Shown: positions 10,313-19,167, counted from the first letter of the whole stretch. The stretch is DNA of 62,415 nucleotides, filler included, from 6 parts of 6 records of this genome joined end to end with filler, not necessarily neighbours in it, one strand, 5' to 3'. Notes: generated by a model from the sequence alone, not told the origin. Numbers and translations are program-made.

Positions 10313-13051
10313 ATGCGCGCCGATTTGTTCTCCCGCTCAACCGCCTCGGGCCGTCTCCTTGGTGTTGCCCTGATTGCCCTGGCAGCAACCGGCTGCAAGA
10401 CCGAGAAAGATCCTGACCAGCCCACGTTGTTGGGGGCGCCACCGACCACCGCCTATCTGGGGGTGGAGTATTACTACAACTGGGGTGCCTATGGCGGTGA
10501 AAGCATACTCGATTACTCGCTGACCAATGCGCCATCCTGGCTTGCGCTGGAAGACACCAGCAATAAGGCGCGTCAGGGTATTATCATGCGCGGTGTGCCT
10601 GGGCTATCCGGAGGCAACCGGGGTGAAGCTGATCTTGGCCAGACCGAGAATATCGAGATAGTCACCACGGATGGCCGCATGGCGGGTTTTCAGCCGTTTG
10701 ATATCGACGTCAAGCGGAACGTTATCACCTTAGCCGGAGCCAATCTGAAAGAAGGTGAAAGCCAGGAGAGCGAAGACGAGTCGGAAGAGCGGTGTGCGGT
10801 GCCTGAGCTTGATGCCGGCTCCTATTCTTATGAGCTCCAGAAGTTCACGGATGAGGGCGCGCCGGATGGAACTGAGTCAGTCACCTACCCAACCAAGCGC
10901 GCGTATGTAAAAGTAAATCTGGATCAACCCTCGGTTACCGAAGTCAAAATCGCCTTTGAGCTACGTTCTGATTTCGACCCAACTGCCTGTGACAATGACG
11001 AAACTGATCCCGCCCATCAGGACTGCAAATATAGCCGCGCCAACACCGGTGCGATTATTATCGGCGAAGACCTTGTTGCGCTCAGCGACGAACTGAATCA
11101 CCCCGTTGATAAAGAGGGTAACCCCCTCGAGTACGTCGAATATGACACGACTGGCAATACGGTAACCAGCGGTGTTGTGACACTGAAACCCGGTCTTACC
11201 GAGTGCTACATTCCCTTTGAAGTGGTTGACGACCTGATTCCCGAGCCAACAGAAGTGGCGACCATGGTTCTGACCGAAGTACGCCAGGGCATTGCCTCGC
11301 TGGGCAATGGTAGTGTTGAGGTCAAAGCCAACCTTTCAATTGAGGATAACGAGCCGCTACTCAGCATAGAAACCGTCAATGGCGGTAGTCGCGATACGAT
11401 CAATACCGAGACGACTCGTGAGTATCGCGCCATTCTCACGGGTGACCGTAAAACCCTGTTCAGCGCCAAGCTGACAAGAATTGGTGAGCTGACCGGTGTT
11501 GTCGAGGACGAAACTTTCGAGATTGTTGAGAAGAATGCTCAGGGTACCTACGACCCAATTGAGGAGCTGGTATTCCCGCTGGAGGAGGATGAAATCACCT
11601 TTGGTGTGCGTGCGCTTGTTTATAACAATCTTCAGGATGAGTTGGACGACAACGCAGCGCCTATTGGCGTCGATGTAAATTACCAGGCTGGCCGGGCCGG
11701 ATATGCGAGGGGGGAGTCTGAAACACTGCTGAGGTTGAACCTGAACCGTCTGATTGAACCGCTGGTCTGGAGTGATGGCTTTATGGCAACGGATGTGTCG
11801 CTGGGCCATGAGGGCCGGGTGTTTGTTGCTGGTTTCCTTCCCGGGAACAATCAGGTCCAGGTCCGCATTTATGACCAGGCGGGTACGGAGCTGCAGATTG
11901 TTGAGGTGACAGACCCGGCGATAACGCTGCAACCTTCAGACGTATCCCTGGACGTTGGTGTACGAACGGTCACTGAAAACAATAACCGTGTGAATCGTTA
12001 TGAAATTGCCGTTGCTTTCAGCTCTGACCAGGCAGAACCGGGTGCTCCCGTTGGCGGGTCTGATGCGGTAACGGCCCTGTTTCATTATGACGGTGCTTCG
12101 GGGAACTATCTTCCGAGCTGGACCGGAAACAATATCTTAAGAATTGGCACGCCGGCGGACGATTCGGTGCGATGGGTGGGCATTAACGGCACCACTGGCT
12201 ATGTGTTGGTGGGCGGAGAAACCCGCGGTGCCTGGAATACCGATGCCTACCAGGGCGGCACCGACAGTTTCCTGGCCCGCATTGATACGGAGGAGAACGC
12301 AGGGGCTCTGGAGCCGACCCTGGCCTGGACACGGCAGGTTGGCTCATCAGGTGATGAGACGGTGGTCGGTGGTAGCTCACAAGGCTCGCTGGCTCTGCTG
12401 TTCGGGGCGTCGCCAATGACGCTTGAAGGCCTCGGAAATGTTGGCCCGTATTTCTTCAATGGCAACACCGGAGAGTCACCGACCGTGTATCAGGTGGGTG
12501 AAGACAGCTCTGAATCGCTCGGGGACGGCCTGTATGGTGGTGCCGGGGTGGTGCTGGTCGGCGACGCGCCCTATAGCTACCGATTCCGTGAAGCGCAGCC
12601 AGAGGATGCCGGTACCGAAAATGCGGAGGATGAGATTATTCGCACGCGGTTGGATAACCGGGCCGGCTTTGTTTTGGGATTCAATACTTCAGGCGAACCT
12701 CTGAGCGCGTACACCGTTGATGATGCGGGTGATCTATCCAACGAATTCCTGACCCGTGGTGTCCGGTTTGACGGTGATATTGTGGTGTCGGGCAACACCA
12801 ACGGGAGCTTTGTTGAAGGCCAGGCGGCGCCGGTGACGGGCACAGAGAGTATCCTGGCGAGAGTGGATACCTCCGAATCTGACATAGCCTTCCGCAACTG
12901 GCGTAGGCAACTGGCATTCGAAGGTCTGGACATTCTCGATCTGGAGAATTACCGCGACGATGAAGTGGTGGCGTTGGTGAACCGAAATGGCGAAAGGATG
13001 CTGCTTGTTTTCAGCCCGGAAGGTGAGTTACTCACACCGATAACGCCGTAA
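10313..13051 (+). CDS. Large lipoprotein with Ig-like, Calx-beta-like and beta-propeller (SBBP-like) regions; function unknown
   Basis: Lipobox ATGC; He_PIG-like YSLTNAPSWL..MRGVP; Calx-beta-like GVVTLKPGLTECYIPFEVVDDLIPEPTE; propeller-like WTRQVGSSGDE and GGTDSFLARID. Confidence 0.7.
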   Translation: MRADLFSRSTASGRLLGVALIALAATGCKTEKDPDQPTLLGAPPTTAYLGVEYYYNWGAYGGESILDYSLTNAPSWLALEDTSNKARQGIIMRGVPGLSGGNRGEADLGQTENIEIVTTDGRMAGFQPFDIDVKRNVITLAGANLKEGESQESEDESEERCAVPELDAGSYSYELQKFTDEGAPDGTESVTYPTKRAYVKVNLDQPSVTEVKIAFELRSDFDPTACDNDETDPAHQDCKYSRANTGAIIIGEDLVALSDELNHPVDKEGNPLEYVEYDTTGNTVTSGVVTLKPGLTECYIPFEVVDDLIPEPTEVATMVLTEVRQGIASLGNGSVEVKANLSIEDNEPLLSIETVNGGSRDTINTETTREYRAILTGDRKTLFSAKLTRIGELTGVVEDETFEIVEKNAQGTYDPIEELVFPLEEDEITFGVRALVYNNLQDELDDNAAPIGVDVNYQAGRAGYARGESETLLRLNLNRLIEPLVWSDGFMATDVSLGHEGRVFVAGFLPGNNQVQVRIYDQAGTELQIVEVTDPAITLQPSDVSLDVGVRTVTENNNRVNRYEIAVAFSSDQAEPGAPVGGSDAVTALFHYDGASGNYLPSWTGNNILRIGTPADDSVRWVGINGTTGYVLVGGETRGAWNTDAYQGGTDSFLARIDTEENAGALEPTLAWTRQVGSSGDETVVGGSSQGSLALLFGASPMTLEGLGNVGPYFFNGNTGESPTVYQVGEDSSESLGDGLYGGAGVVLVGDAPYSYRFREAQPEDAGTENAEDEIIRTRLDNRAGFVLGFNTSGEPLSAYTVDDAGDLSNEFLTRGVRFDGDIVVSGNTNGSFVEGQAAPVTGTESILARVDTSESDIAFRNWRRQLAFEGLDILDLENYRDDEVVALVNRNGERMLLVFSPEGELLTPITP

Positions 13052-13078
13052 TCCTCCGGGTTGCAGGTCCGGGGTGGG

Positions 13079-13723
13079 TCAGACCGCCCCTTCCTGTCGG
13101 CCCGCATTGGCATAGAGCTTCAGGTAGTCGGTGCTGGTGACCACGCCGGCGGGTTGTCCGGCAGCATTAATGACCAGGGCCGCATTCAGCCGGTGAGCGA
13201 GCATCAGGCGTGCCAGTTGATGGGCATCGGTTTCGGGAGATGCAGTCAGAAAAGCCGGAAGTTCAATGTGAATCAGGCTTTGGTTCAAAGCTTCCGAACT
13301 GTTCTCGTGAATCCACGAAAGAAGCCAGCGCAGGTCGATCAGGCCTGCGACATTGTTATCCGAGAGCACGACCAGATGGTGAACGCCGTGTTCTTCCATG
13401 GTCTCCAGCGCCTCTGCGACGGTGGCAGAAGCAGGAACCGAAAACTGCGCTGGCGAGCTGATGTCGGCGACTGGCAGGTAAACCCTTTCCTCCCGACGTT
13501 CGCCCGCAGCAGCGGCACCATACTCCTGAAGTGCGCGGAAGCTGCTACCACCACCGCCGCTGTGCACGGCCTGCTGGAACTCGGCGTCGGTAGCCTCGCT
13601 GTGTTCGGCAGAAATGGACGCAGACTCCGACAGCTCGGTGACATCGCCCACCCGGCGACTTCGGAACGCTTCGGGTAACCGGGTCCCGATCGGGCGTCCG
13701 GGTTCACTGACGAAAATGGACAT
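13079..13723 (-). CDS. CBS-domain pair protein with N-terminal extension
   Basis: ATVAEALETMEEHGVHHLVV..AGLID and LARLMLAHRLNAALV..AGVVTSTDYL. Confidence 0.85.
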   Translation of the reverse strand: MSIFVSEPGRPIGTRLPEAFRSRRVGDVTELSESASISAEHSEATDAEFQQAVHSGGGGSSFRALQEYGAAAAGERREERVYLPVADISSPAQFSVPASATVAEALETMEEHGVHHLVVLSDNNVAGLIDLRWLLSWIHENSSEALNQSLIHIELPAFLTASPETDAHQLARLMLAHRLNAALVINAAGQPAGVVTSTDYLKLYANAGRQEGAV

Positions 13724-13772
13724 GGTTCCACCTCTCCGGGGATTTCCCCCTCTACTGCCACCCTATGAAGGT

Positions 13773-13799
13773 TTATCGGCCGCCGGACCGTTCGCTATA
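13773..13799 (-). promoter_or_regulatory. Sigma28 (FliA) promoter upstream of the CBS gene
   Basis: Minus strand reads TATA-N15-GCCGATAA against consensus TAAA-N15-GCCGATAA. Confidence 0.7.
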
Positions 13800-13813
13800 G
13801 CTCGAGTTTATTA

Positions 13814-15709
13814 CTATACGGTTAGTTGGTTCCGGTAAAGGCGTCCCGTTTCCACACGACGGGCCAGTCGGGTATTCAGGCAGGCCGGTTGCTGGCAGAT
13901 CCGGTCGGCCAGATATTCCGCCAGCAGGGGAGCCCATACCAGGCCTTTGCTGCCAAAACCGGTGAGCAGATACACGCCGGGCCCGGCTGTCTCATCGTTA
14001 CCGGGGCACGGACCAGCCACCGGCTGATAGTCGTGTGTGGTACAGCGAAATCCCACGCGCCCCTGAAGATGTTCTGCCTGTATGTGTTCTGAGATGTTTA
14101 CGGAGGGCAGCAGTTCCCGAAGTTGGTCCAGGTTTTCCTGATGTCCCTTGGGCGTTGGTTCGGGGTTATCGTCGCGCAAATCAAATGTGGCGCCGGTTAT
14201 GGCACTGCCGTCATAAGCGGGGTTCAGGTATTTGGTGCCACAAATGACCACGTCTGGAAGTTGGCAGTCTTCTGCGGGTATGCGCGTGACCTGTCCGCGA
14301 ATGGGCTTGAGGCGCAGCGACTGGCCCTCAGGTACTGGAGCGAGGGCAGTGCTTTCATGGCCGGCAGCAACCACAACCTTTGCGGCTCTGAGAGATCTTC
14401 CGCCTCTGGCCTGAATGACCCAGTGGTTGTCTGCCCACCTCAGCGTATCGACCTTGAACCCGAAAATCGTGCGGATGAGTGGGTGCTCAATCAGCGTTTT
14501 GCACGCTCGGGCCGGTTGTAGCCACCCGGAACCCGGAAACCATAGCCCTTCGCACTGGAGCGGTATGCCGGCAATACGACTAGCTTCTGCGGGTGATACG
14601 GCACCCAGCAGGTTTTCGGGGTAGCTGCTGCGTTCCAGAAACCGCTTTTGGCGATCCTGCTCCTGGTCTGTGGCTGCGAGCTGCAGCAACCCGCTTGGGT
14701 GCCAGAACTCGCCCTGCCAGCGTTGGTAGAAGCGCTGACTGAAGCAAAGCGCGGTGGCTGCGAGTTCTGTCTGGTCGTTGTACTCGACACCGAGTTTTAC
14801 GTACAGGGCCCCCTGGTCATTACCGGAAGCTCCAGCTCCGGGGCCGCTGGCCTGGTCGGCAAGCACCACCGGAACGCCCCGTTCCGCCAGGTTGCGGGCC
14901 AGAGCGGTACCGGCTATCCCGGCGCCAATGATGACGATGGGGTCAGTTCCGACAGTGGGGGCAGAGACCTCTTCCGACGTTGGCAGTCTGCCGGTCAGCA
15001 TTTCCCGCTTGCGCCCGAAGCCGGGAACTTTCGCCATCTCAAAGCCTTCATCTGCCAGCGCACGACGAACCCTGCCGACCGAGGTGAAGGTGGCCAGGGT
15101 GGTGCCTGGCTGGCTGTGAGCCCGAATCTGATGAATGGCTTTTTCAAGCCACATGTCCGGGTTCAGCGACGGCGCAAATCCATCAAGGAACCAGGCGTCG
15201 GCCACGAATTCCAGTTCGTTCCAGGCGTCCAGTACATCGCCAAAACAGAGGGTAAGCCGTATCGCGCCGCCGCCAAGTACAAGGCGGTGAGTGCCTTTGA
15301 TCAGTGGTGGGTAGTTGTCAATCAGCTCCCGTGTCAAGGGCTGCAGCCCCGGCCAGCTCTCGAGGGCCTTTTCCAGATCGGCCGGAGACAGGGGGTAGCG
15401 CTCCACCGAGATGAAGTGAAGAATTGCGTGGTCTTGATCGTCAGGTCGTTGAGCCAGCCACTCCGCCCAGGTCGCCAGGAAGTTGAGCCCGGTGCCAAAA
15501 CCTGTCTCGGCGATCACAAAGTGGCTGTTCCTGTCGAGTTCGGCAAAGCGCCCAGGTAGTCCATTTCTTTCGATGAACACGTAACGGGTCTCGGCCAGGC
15601 CGTCATCTCTGCTGAAGTAGACGTCGCCAAAGCGGGCTGATTCAGGCACTCCGTCTCGCCATATCAGCTCCGCCGGTTCCATTGCCGGCGGACTAAGGTC
15701 GTTGATCAT
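13814..15709 (-). CDS. mnmC: Bifunctional tRNA mnm5s2U34 biosynthesis protein MnmC
   Basis: FGDVYFS, ETGFGTGLNF, DAWFLDGFAP, GFGRKREM methyltransferase domain plus FAD domain IIGAGIAG, GASGN. Confidence 0.95.
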   Translation of the reverse strand: MINDLSPPAMEPAELIWRDGVPESARFGDVYFSRDDGLAETRYVFIERNGLPGRFAELDRNSHFVIAETGFGTGLNFLATWAEWLAQRPDDQDHAILHFISVERYPLSPADLEKALESWPGLQPLTRELIDNYPPLIKGTHRLVLGGGAIRLTLCFGDVLDAWNELEFVADAWFLDGFAPSLNPDMWLEKAIHQIRAHSQPGTTLATFTSVGRVRRALADEGFEMAKVPGFGRKREMLTGRLPTSEEVSAPTVGTDPIVIIGAGIAGTALARNLAERGVPVVLADQASGPGAGASGNDQGALYVKLGVEYNDQTELAATALCFSQRFYQRWQGEFWHPSGLLQLAATDQEQDRQKRFLERSSYPENLLGAVSPAEASRIAGIPLQCEGLWFPGSGWLQPARACKTLIEHPLIRTIFGFKVDTLRWADNHWVIQARGGRSLRAAKVVVAAGHESTALAPVPEGQSLRLKPIRGQVTRIPAEDCQLPDVVICGTKYLNPAYDGSAITGATFDLRDDNPEPTPKGHQENLDQLRELLPSVNISEHIQAEHLQGRVGFRCTTHDYQPVAGPCPGNDETAGPGVYLLTGFGSKGLVWAPLLAEYLADRICQQPACLNTRLARRVETGRLYRNQLTV

Positions 15710-16323
15710 GGGGCTCTGTTGTCTTTTGTGATTTCTTCGGCGGACTCGATAATGACCGGGCTCACGGGAACATCGGCCATTCCGCGCTGGTAGCCGGTCT
15801 GGACCCCTGCGATACGATCAATCACGCCCATACCATCGGTCACCTTGCCGAAAACCGCATAGCCCGGGCCCCGAACTCCGGCGTTCAGGAAATCATTGTT
15901 AGCCACATTGATGAAAAACTGGCTGGTGGCAGAATCCGGTGCATTGGTTCGGGCCATGGCGATGGTGCCTCGGAGATTGGGCAGTGTGCTGGTAGCTTCG
16001 TTCACGATGGGAGCTCGGGTCTGTTTACGCCCCAGGTTCTCATCGAATCCGCCGGCCTGAACCATGAAGCCGGGAATCACTCGGTGAAAGATGGTGCCAT
16101 CGTAATAACCGTTGTTTACGTAAACCAGGAAGTTTTCCACGGTTTTGGGCGCAACATCGGGCCGAAGCTGAAGCACGAAGGCGCCCTCCGTGGTGACAAA
16201 ACGGACCTCCGGAAGTGCCGGTTCCTCGTTCTGGGCCAAGGCTTGTGAGGTAGTCAGTAGAGTGGCAACGAAGGCAAACAGGACAGACATCACAATCGGG
16301 ACGAGTTTTACGGGATTTGTCAT
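15706..16323 (-). CDS. ppiA: Periplasmic cyclophilin-type peptidyl-prolyl isomerase
   Basis: Signal peptide; YDGTIFHRVIPGFMVQAGG, MART..SATSQFFIN, GYAVFGKV. Confidence 0.92.
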   Translation of the reverse strand: MTNPVKLVPIVMSVLFAFVATLLTTSQALAQNEEPALPEVRFVTTEGAFVLQLRPDVAPKTVENFLVYVNNGYYDGTIFHRVIPGFMVQAGGFDENLGRKQTRAPIVNEATSTLPNLRGTIAMARTNAPDSATSQFFINVANNDFLNAGVRGPGYAVFGKVTDGMGVIDRIAGVQTGYQRGMADVPVSPVIIESAEEITKDNRAP

Positions 16324-16527
16324 TTCAAGGCAGCTCTCTGTTACAGGTGGTGACCAGAATACTGAGATAATCTGGCTATTACGTAGTTTGTGCAGATTTT
16401 AACAGATCATTACGTGATTAAGGGTAAATCAGAACAGCAGGTTGGATGGTTCTAAGCTACGCTAAATGTGATTGTTGGATGCCGGGCCGAGTTTTACGGT
16501 GATCACTGATACTGCAGGAGGAATCTG

Positions 16528-17274
16528 GTGAGAATCCGTCAGGGTTTTGAAGAGAAATCCCGGCTTGGCCGGCTGTTGATCAATCGTGGCTATTTGTCCG
16601 AAGGCCAACTGAAGGAGGGGCTTCGGGCTCAGAGGGAATCCGGCCAGCGCCTAGGTGAGGTGCTAATCGCCGCCGGCTGGATCTCAGAGAAAGAGCTCCA
16701 CCGAGTGCTCAAGCATCAGTCCCGTTACCGCAACGCAGCGGCTCTCTTTACTATGGTCACTCTACCATTTCAGCCACTCGTTTCACTGGCGTCCAGCAAC
16801 ACCAACGCAGCGCAGGTAAGCGCCGGAGCGGGCGAGCTCTATGAGCGGAGTGGTCTCACCCCACTTTCCGAAGAGGAAATGTCAGGGGTGTCTGCTCAAA
16901 GCGGTATCGGTCTGATGGAGCGGTTGGAGGCGGTGTCTTCCATGCATGGCGGCGCCCAGGGAGATTCCTCTGGTGAATCGCCCGAAGTCGACGTGGTAGA
17001 AGGAATCAGGCTGGCGGCCAATGTATTTGTGCCGGTGCTCAGTTTTCTGGATTCCGATCTTACGATTACAGGTGTGCATTACCAGGACTCAGAGCCTCGC
17101 TACTCACTACAGGAGGAAGGAGGCCTGCGGCTGGCATTTCCTGAGCGCATTGAGGAAATACGGATGGACAACATTCGCGTGATGGGCGGCCAAACTCCAC
17201 CGATGGGCAATGTGAGTATACGGGATATCCGCTTTCACCCGGATTCGCAGATGACCATCTACACGCGCCGATAA
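16528..17274 (+). CDS. MshEN (c-di-GMP-binding) domain fused to a hydrophobic segment and a DUF6160-like C-terminal domain
   Basis: Two 24-aa RLGxxLxxxGxxxxxxLxxxLxxQ motifs joined by 5 residues (aa 12-64); GTG start with AGGAGG SD; no ATPase domain. Confidence 0.8.
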   Translation: MRIRQGFEEKSRLGRLLINRGYLSEGQLKEGLRAQRESGQRLGEVLIAAGWISEKELHRVLKHQSRYRNAAALFTMVTLPFQPLVSLASSNTNAAQVSAGAGELYERSGLTPLSEEEMSGVSAQSGIGLMERLEAVSSMHGGAQGDSSGESPEVDVVEGIRLAANVFVPVLSFLDSDLTITGVHYQDSEPRYSLQEEGGLRLAFPERIEEIRMDNIRVMGGQTPPMGNVSIRDIRFHPDSQMTIYTRR

Positions 17275-17290
17275 CCATGACCTGGAACGA

Positions 17291-17319
17291 AAAATGCCCG
17301 GAAGATCTCCGGGCATTTT
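17291..17319. terminator. Bidirectional intrinsic terminator
   Basis: AAAATGCCCGGA-AGATC-TCCGGGCATTTT between the convergent MshEN gene and flgN. Confidence 0.85.
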
Positions 17320-17342
17320 GTTGTCTGTGAGCGATTGGTGTA

Positions 17343-17813
17343 TCAGGCGCTGGCCAGAATGTTGGTGCTTGAGACGTTGGTCTGCTGGCCTTTGGCGCCA
17401 TAGAGCTTCTGCTGGGCGGAAGCACCTCGGAAGATGTCGGTAAGGCGTGACAGGCGCTTTTGCAGATGGCCAATTATTCGGCCGTTGTTCTGGTTCACGG
17501 CCTGGCATTCGCGCAAACGGGTGTTGGCGTCTTTCCAGAGTTGGTGCAGCTCATCCATGCCAGCGGCGCGAATGAAGCGTGATGGCTCTCCGGCATTGGG
17601 CTTGTAGCCCATATTCACCAGCAGGTGAATTTTCTTTCTGGCGCGTTCGCGTATGCCCTCAAGAATCTGATTTTTCCGGCTGGTCATTTCCTGGAGGGGC
17701 TGGATATCCGCAGAGGAGAGCACGGATTCTTCCTGGTGGAGTACTTCCGCCAGCAGCTCAAGCTGGCGGATATCTTCCTGAAGAATCGCTTTCAACTGTT
17801 CATGTGCGTTCAT
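17343..17813 (-). CDS. flgN: Flagellar export chaperone FlgN
   Basis: Helical 156-aa protein with CQAVNQNNGRII and LYGAKG; directly downstream of flgM. Confidence 0.88.
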   Translation of the reverse strand: MNAHEQLKAILQEDIRQLELLAEVLHQEESVLSSADIQPLQEMTSRKNQILEGIRERARKKIHLLVNMGYKPNAGEPSRFIRAAGMDELHQLWKDANTRLRECQAVNQNNGRIIGHLQKRLSRLTDIFRGASAQQKLYGAKGQQTNVSSTNILASA

Positions 17814-17820
17814 GCTTTAC

Positions 17821-18147
17821 TCACCCGAAAATGCTTTTATCCATCTCAAGCATTTTCTGGGCCAGTTTCTGTGCATCCACCTTGTAGGTGCCGTTTTCCA
17901 GAGCAGAACGAATCTGTTCGATGCGATCATCGTCCATTTCGGGGTAGTCCCCCAGCTTCTGCTCAAGTTGCTTCAGGTTTTTCGCCTGATTGCTCAGGTT
18001 CACGTTTTCGCCACGGGCAGCGGGGCTCTGGGCCTTGGCTTGCTCGCCTGTGGGCGCCTGTGACGTTTGATTGCCTGAGGCTTTGTCGGCCGTGGTGCGC
18101 GTGGTGTTGACCTGGCCGGGGCCAATTCCATTTAAGTCAACTGACAT
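17821..18147 (-). CDS. flgM: Anti-sigma28 factor FlgM
   Basis: VNLSNQA..PEMDDDRIEQIRSALENGTYKVDAQKLAQKML. Confidence 0.93.
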   Translation of the reverse strand: MSVDLNGIGPGQVNTTRTTADKASGNQTSQAPTGEQAKAQSPAARGENVNLSNQAKNLKQLEQKLGDYPEMDDDRIEQIRSALENGTYKVDAQKLAQKMLEMDKSIFG

Positions 18148-18204
18148 ATCAATACCTGCTTGCCTGGGGCCACAAGAAAGTGGCGTATTCGGGTTTATAT
18201 CTGC

Positions 18205-18231
18205 TTAACGGCAAATCCGCGCCATACTTTA
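18205..18231 (-). promoter_or_regulatory. Sigma28 promoter of flgM
   Basis: Minus strand reads TAAA-GTATGGCGCGGATTT(15)-GCCGTTAA. Confidence 0.85.
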
Positions 18232-18274
18232 GTTACAAAACGGAAAACATTTGCCGCTCTTGCTGTTTGCCGCC

Positions 18275-18982
18275 TTACATCGGAATTTCGACCCGCCCTG
18301 GGCCAACGGCACGAGCTTTGACTGTCCGGGACGAGCGGAGATTTTCCACCAGTACCTGTTCTCCAACGCCCGCGCTCGCCAGTGCCTTACCGCGAGATGA
18401 TACCGAAAATGAGCCTGAGCGCGCGGTGATAATAACATGGTCACCCCGCTCAATCGCGTTGGGAGCTTCAAGGAGATCCGGGGTCATTACCGTGCCGGCG
18501 TTCACCGGGCGGCGCATCATCATGCCTGAAACGGACTCTTTGCGGGTGAGTACGCCGCGACGACTGGTATTGATCTGCACCGAGTTTAGGGTGACCAGGT
18601 CCGGCGTCAGGCGTTCGCCGCGTGCCAGAGGACGGGCTGCTATCAGGGCAGGGCCGTGAACCTCGACGCTGGTGGTAACGTACATTCTCCAGGGGCGCTC
18701 ACCACTGCAGGAAACCAGGACCGACGGGCTGGTGGTCTGTAGCGGATCGCCCGCAAACTCGGCGTTCAGCCCCTGGTTGCAGGCAGCAAGGGCGATGCGG
18801 CTGTCGATAGCGCCAACTTCGTAGCGGCTCGTGTAGCCCTCGGCAGCAAGGGTTCTGGACCACTCTGCCAGGAACGTCTGGGCAGCGTCACGGATGGCTT
18901 CAGCACTGGTTCTCTCTGAAGACAGAGTGATTGGGCTCAGTGATAGACACAATGCAGCCAAAAAGATGATTCGCATACGCAC
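18275..18982 (-). CDS. flgA: Flagellar P-ring formation chaperone FlgA
   Basis: Signal peptide, DSRIALAAC, SAF domain, GKALASAGVGEQVLVENLRSSRTV. Start may be 18976. Confidence 0.92.
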   Translation of the reverse strand: MRMRIIFLAALCLSLSPITLSSERTSAEAIRDAAQTFLAEWSRTLAAEGYTSRYEVGAIDSRIALAACNQGLNAEFAGDPLQTTSPSVLVSCSGERPWRMYVTTSVEVHGPALIAARPLARGERLTPDLVTLNSVQINTSRRGVLTRKESVSGMMMRRPVNAGTVMTPDLLEAPNAIERGDHVIITARSGSFSVSSRGKALASAGVGEQVLVENLRSSRTVKARAVGPGRVEIPM

Positions 18983-19029
18983 CGGTTTGTCCTATGCTGT
19001 GTTTATCTGCGGATTTTGTCGAAACACGT

Positions 19030-19056
19030 TAAGGATTCGGGTTGTCGGGCCGTTAA
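19030..19056 (+). promoter_or_regulatory. Sigma28 promoter of cheV
   Basis: TAAG-GATTCGGGTTGTCGG(15)-GCCGTTAA. Confidence 0.7.
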
Positions 19057-19124
19057 CCCTTAACAGGTTTGCAGGCGTCAAAGATTTGTCTTGGACAGGC
19101 CTGAAAACACCTTGCAAAGGTCAA

Positions 19125-19140
19125 AGCAATATTGATGCCG
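19125..19140 (-). promoter_or_regulatory. Sigma54 (-24/-12) promoter of flgA
   Basis: Minus strand reads CGGCATCAATATTGCT (GG-N10-GC), close to TGGCACG-N4-TTGCW. Confidence 0.65.
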
Positions 19141-19167
19141 GTATAGGCACGCCAGGAGTAAAGCATC

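Noticed and set aside
16463-16493. Sigma28 promoter for the MshEN gene (TAAA..GCCGGGCC)
   Set aside because: Spacing is 14 rather than 15 and the -10 box is poor compared with the three good sigma28 sites on this contig.
16420-16500. Possible c-di-GMP-I riboswitch upstream of the MshEN gene (GGTAAATC..CTAAGCTACGCTAAA)
   Set aside because: Only loose resemblance: no GNRA tetraloop/receptor pair or convincing P1 helix. An Infernal search against the c-di-GMP-I model would settle it.
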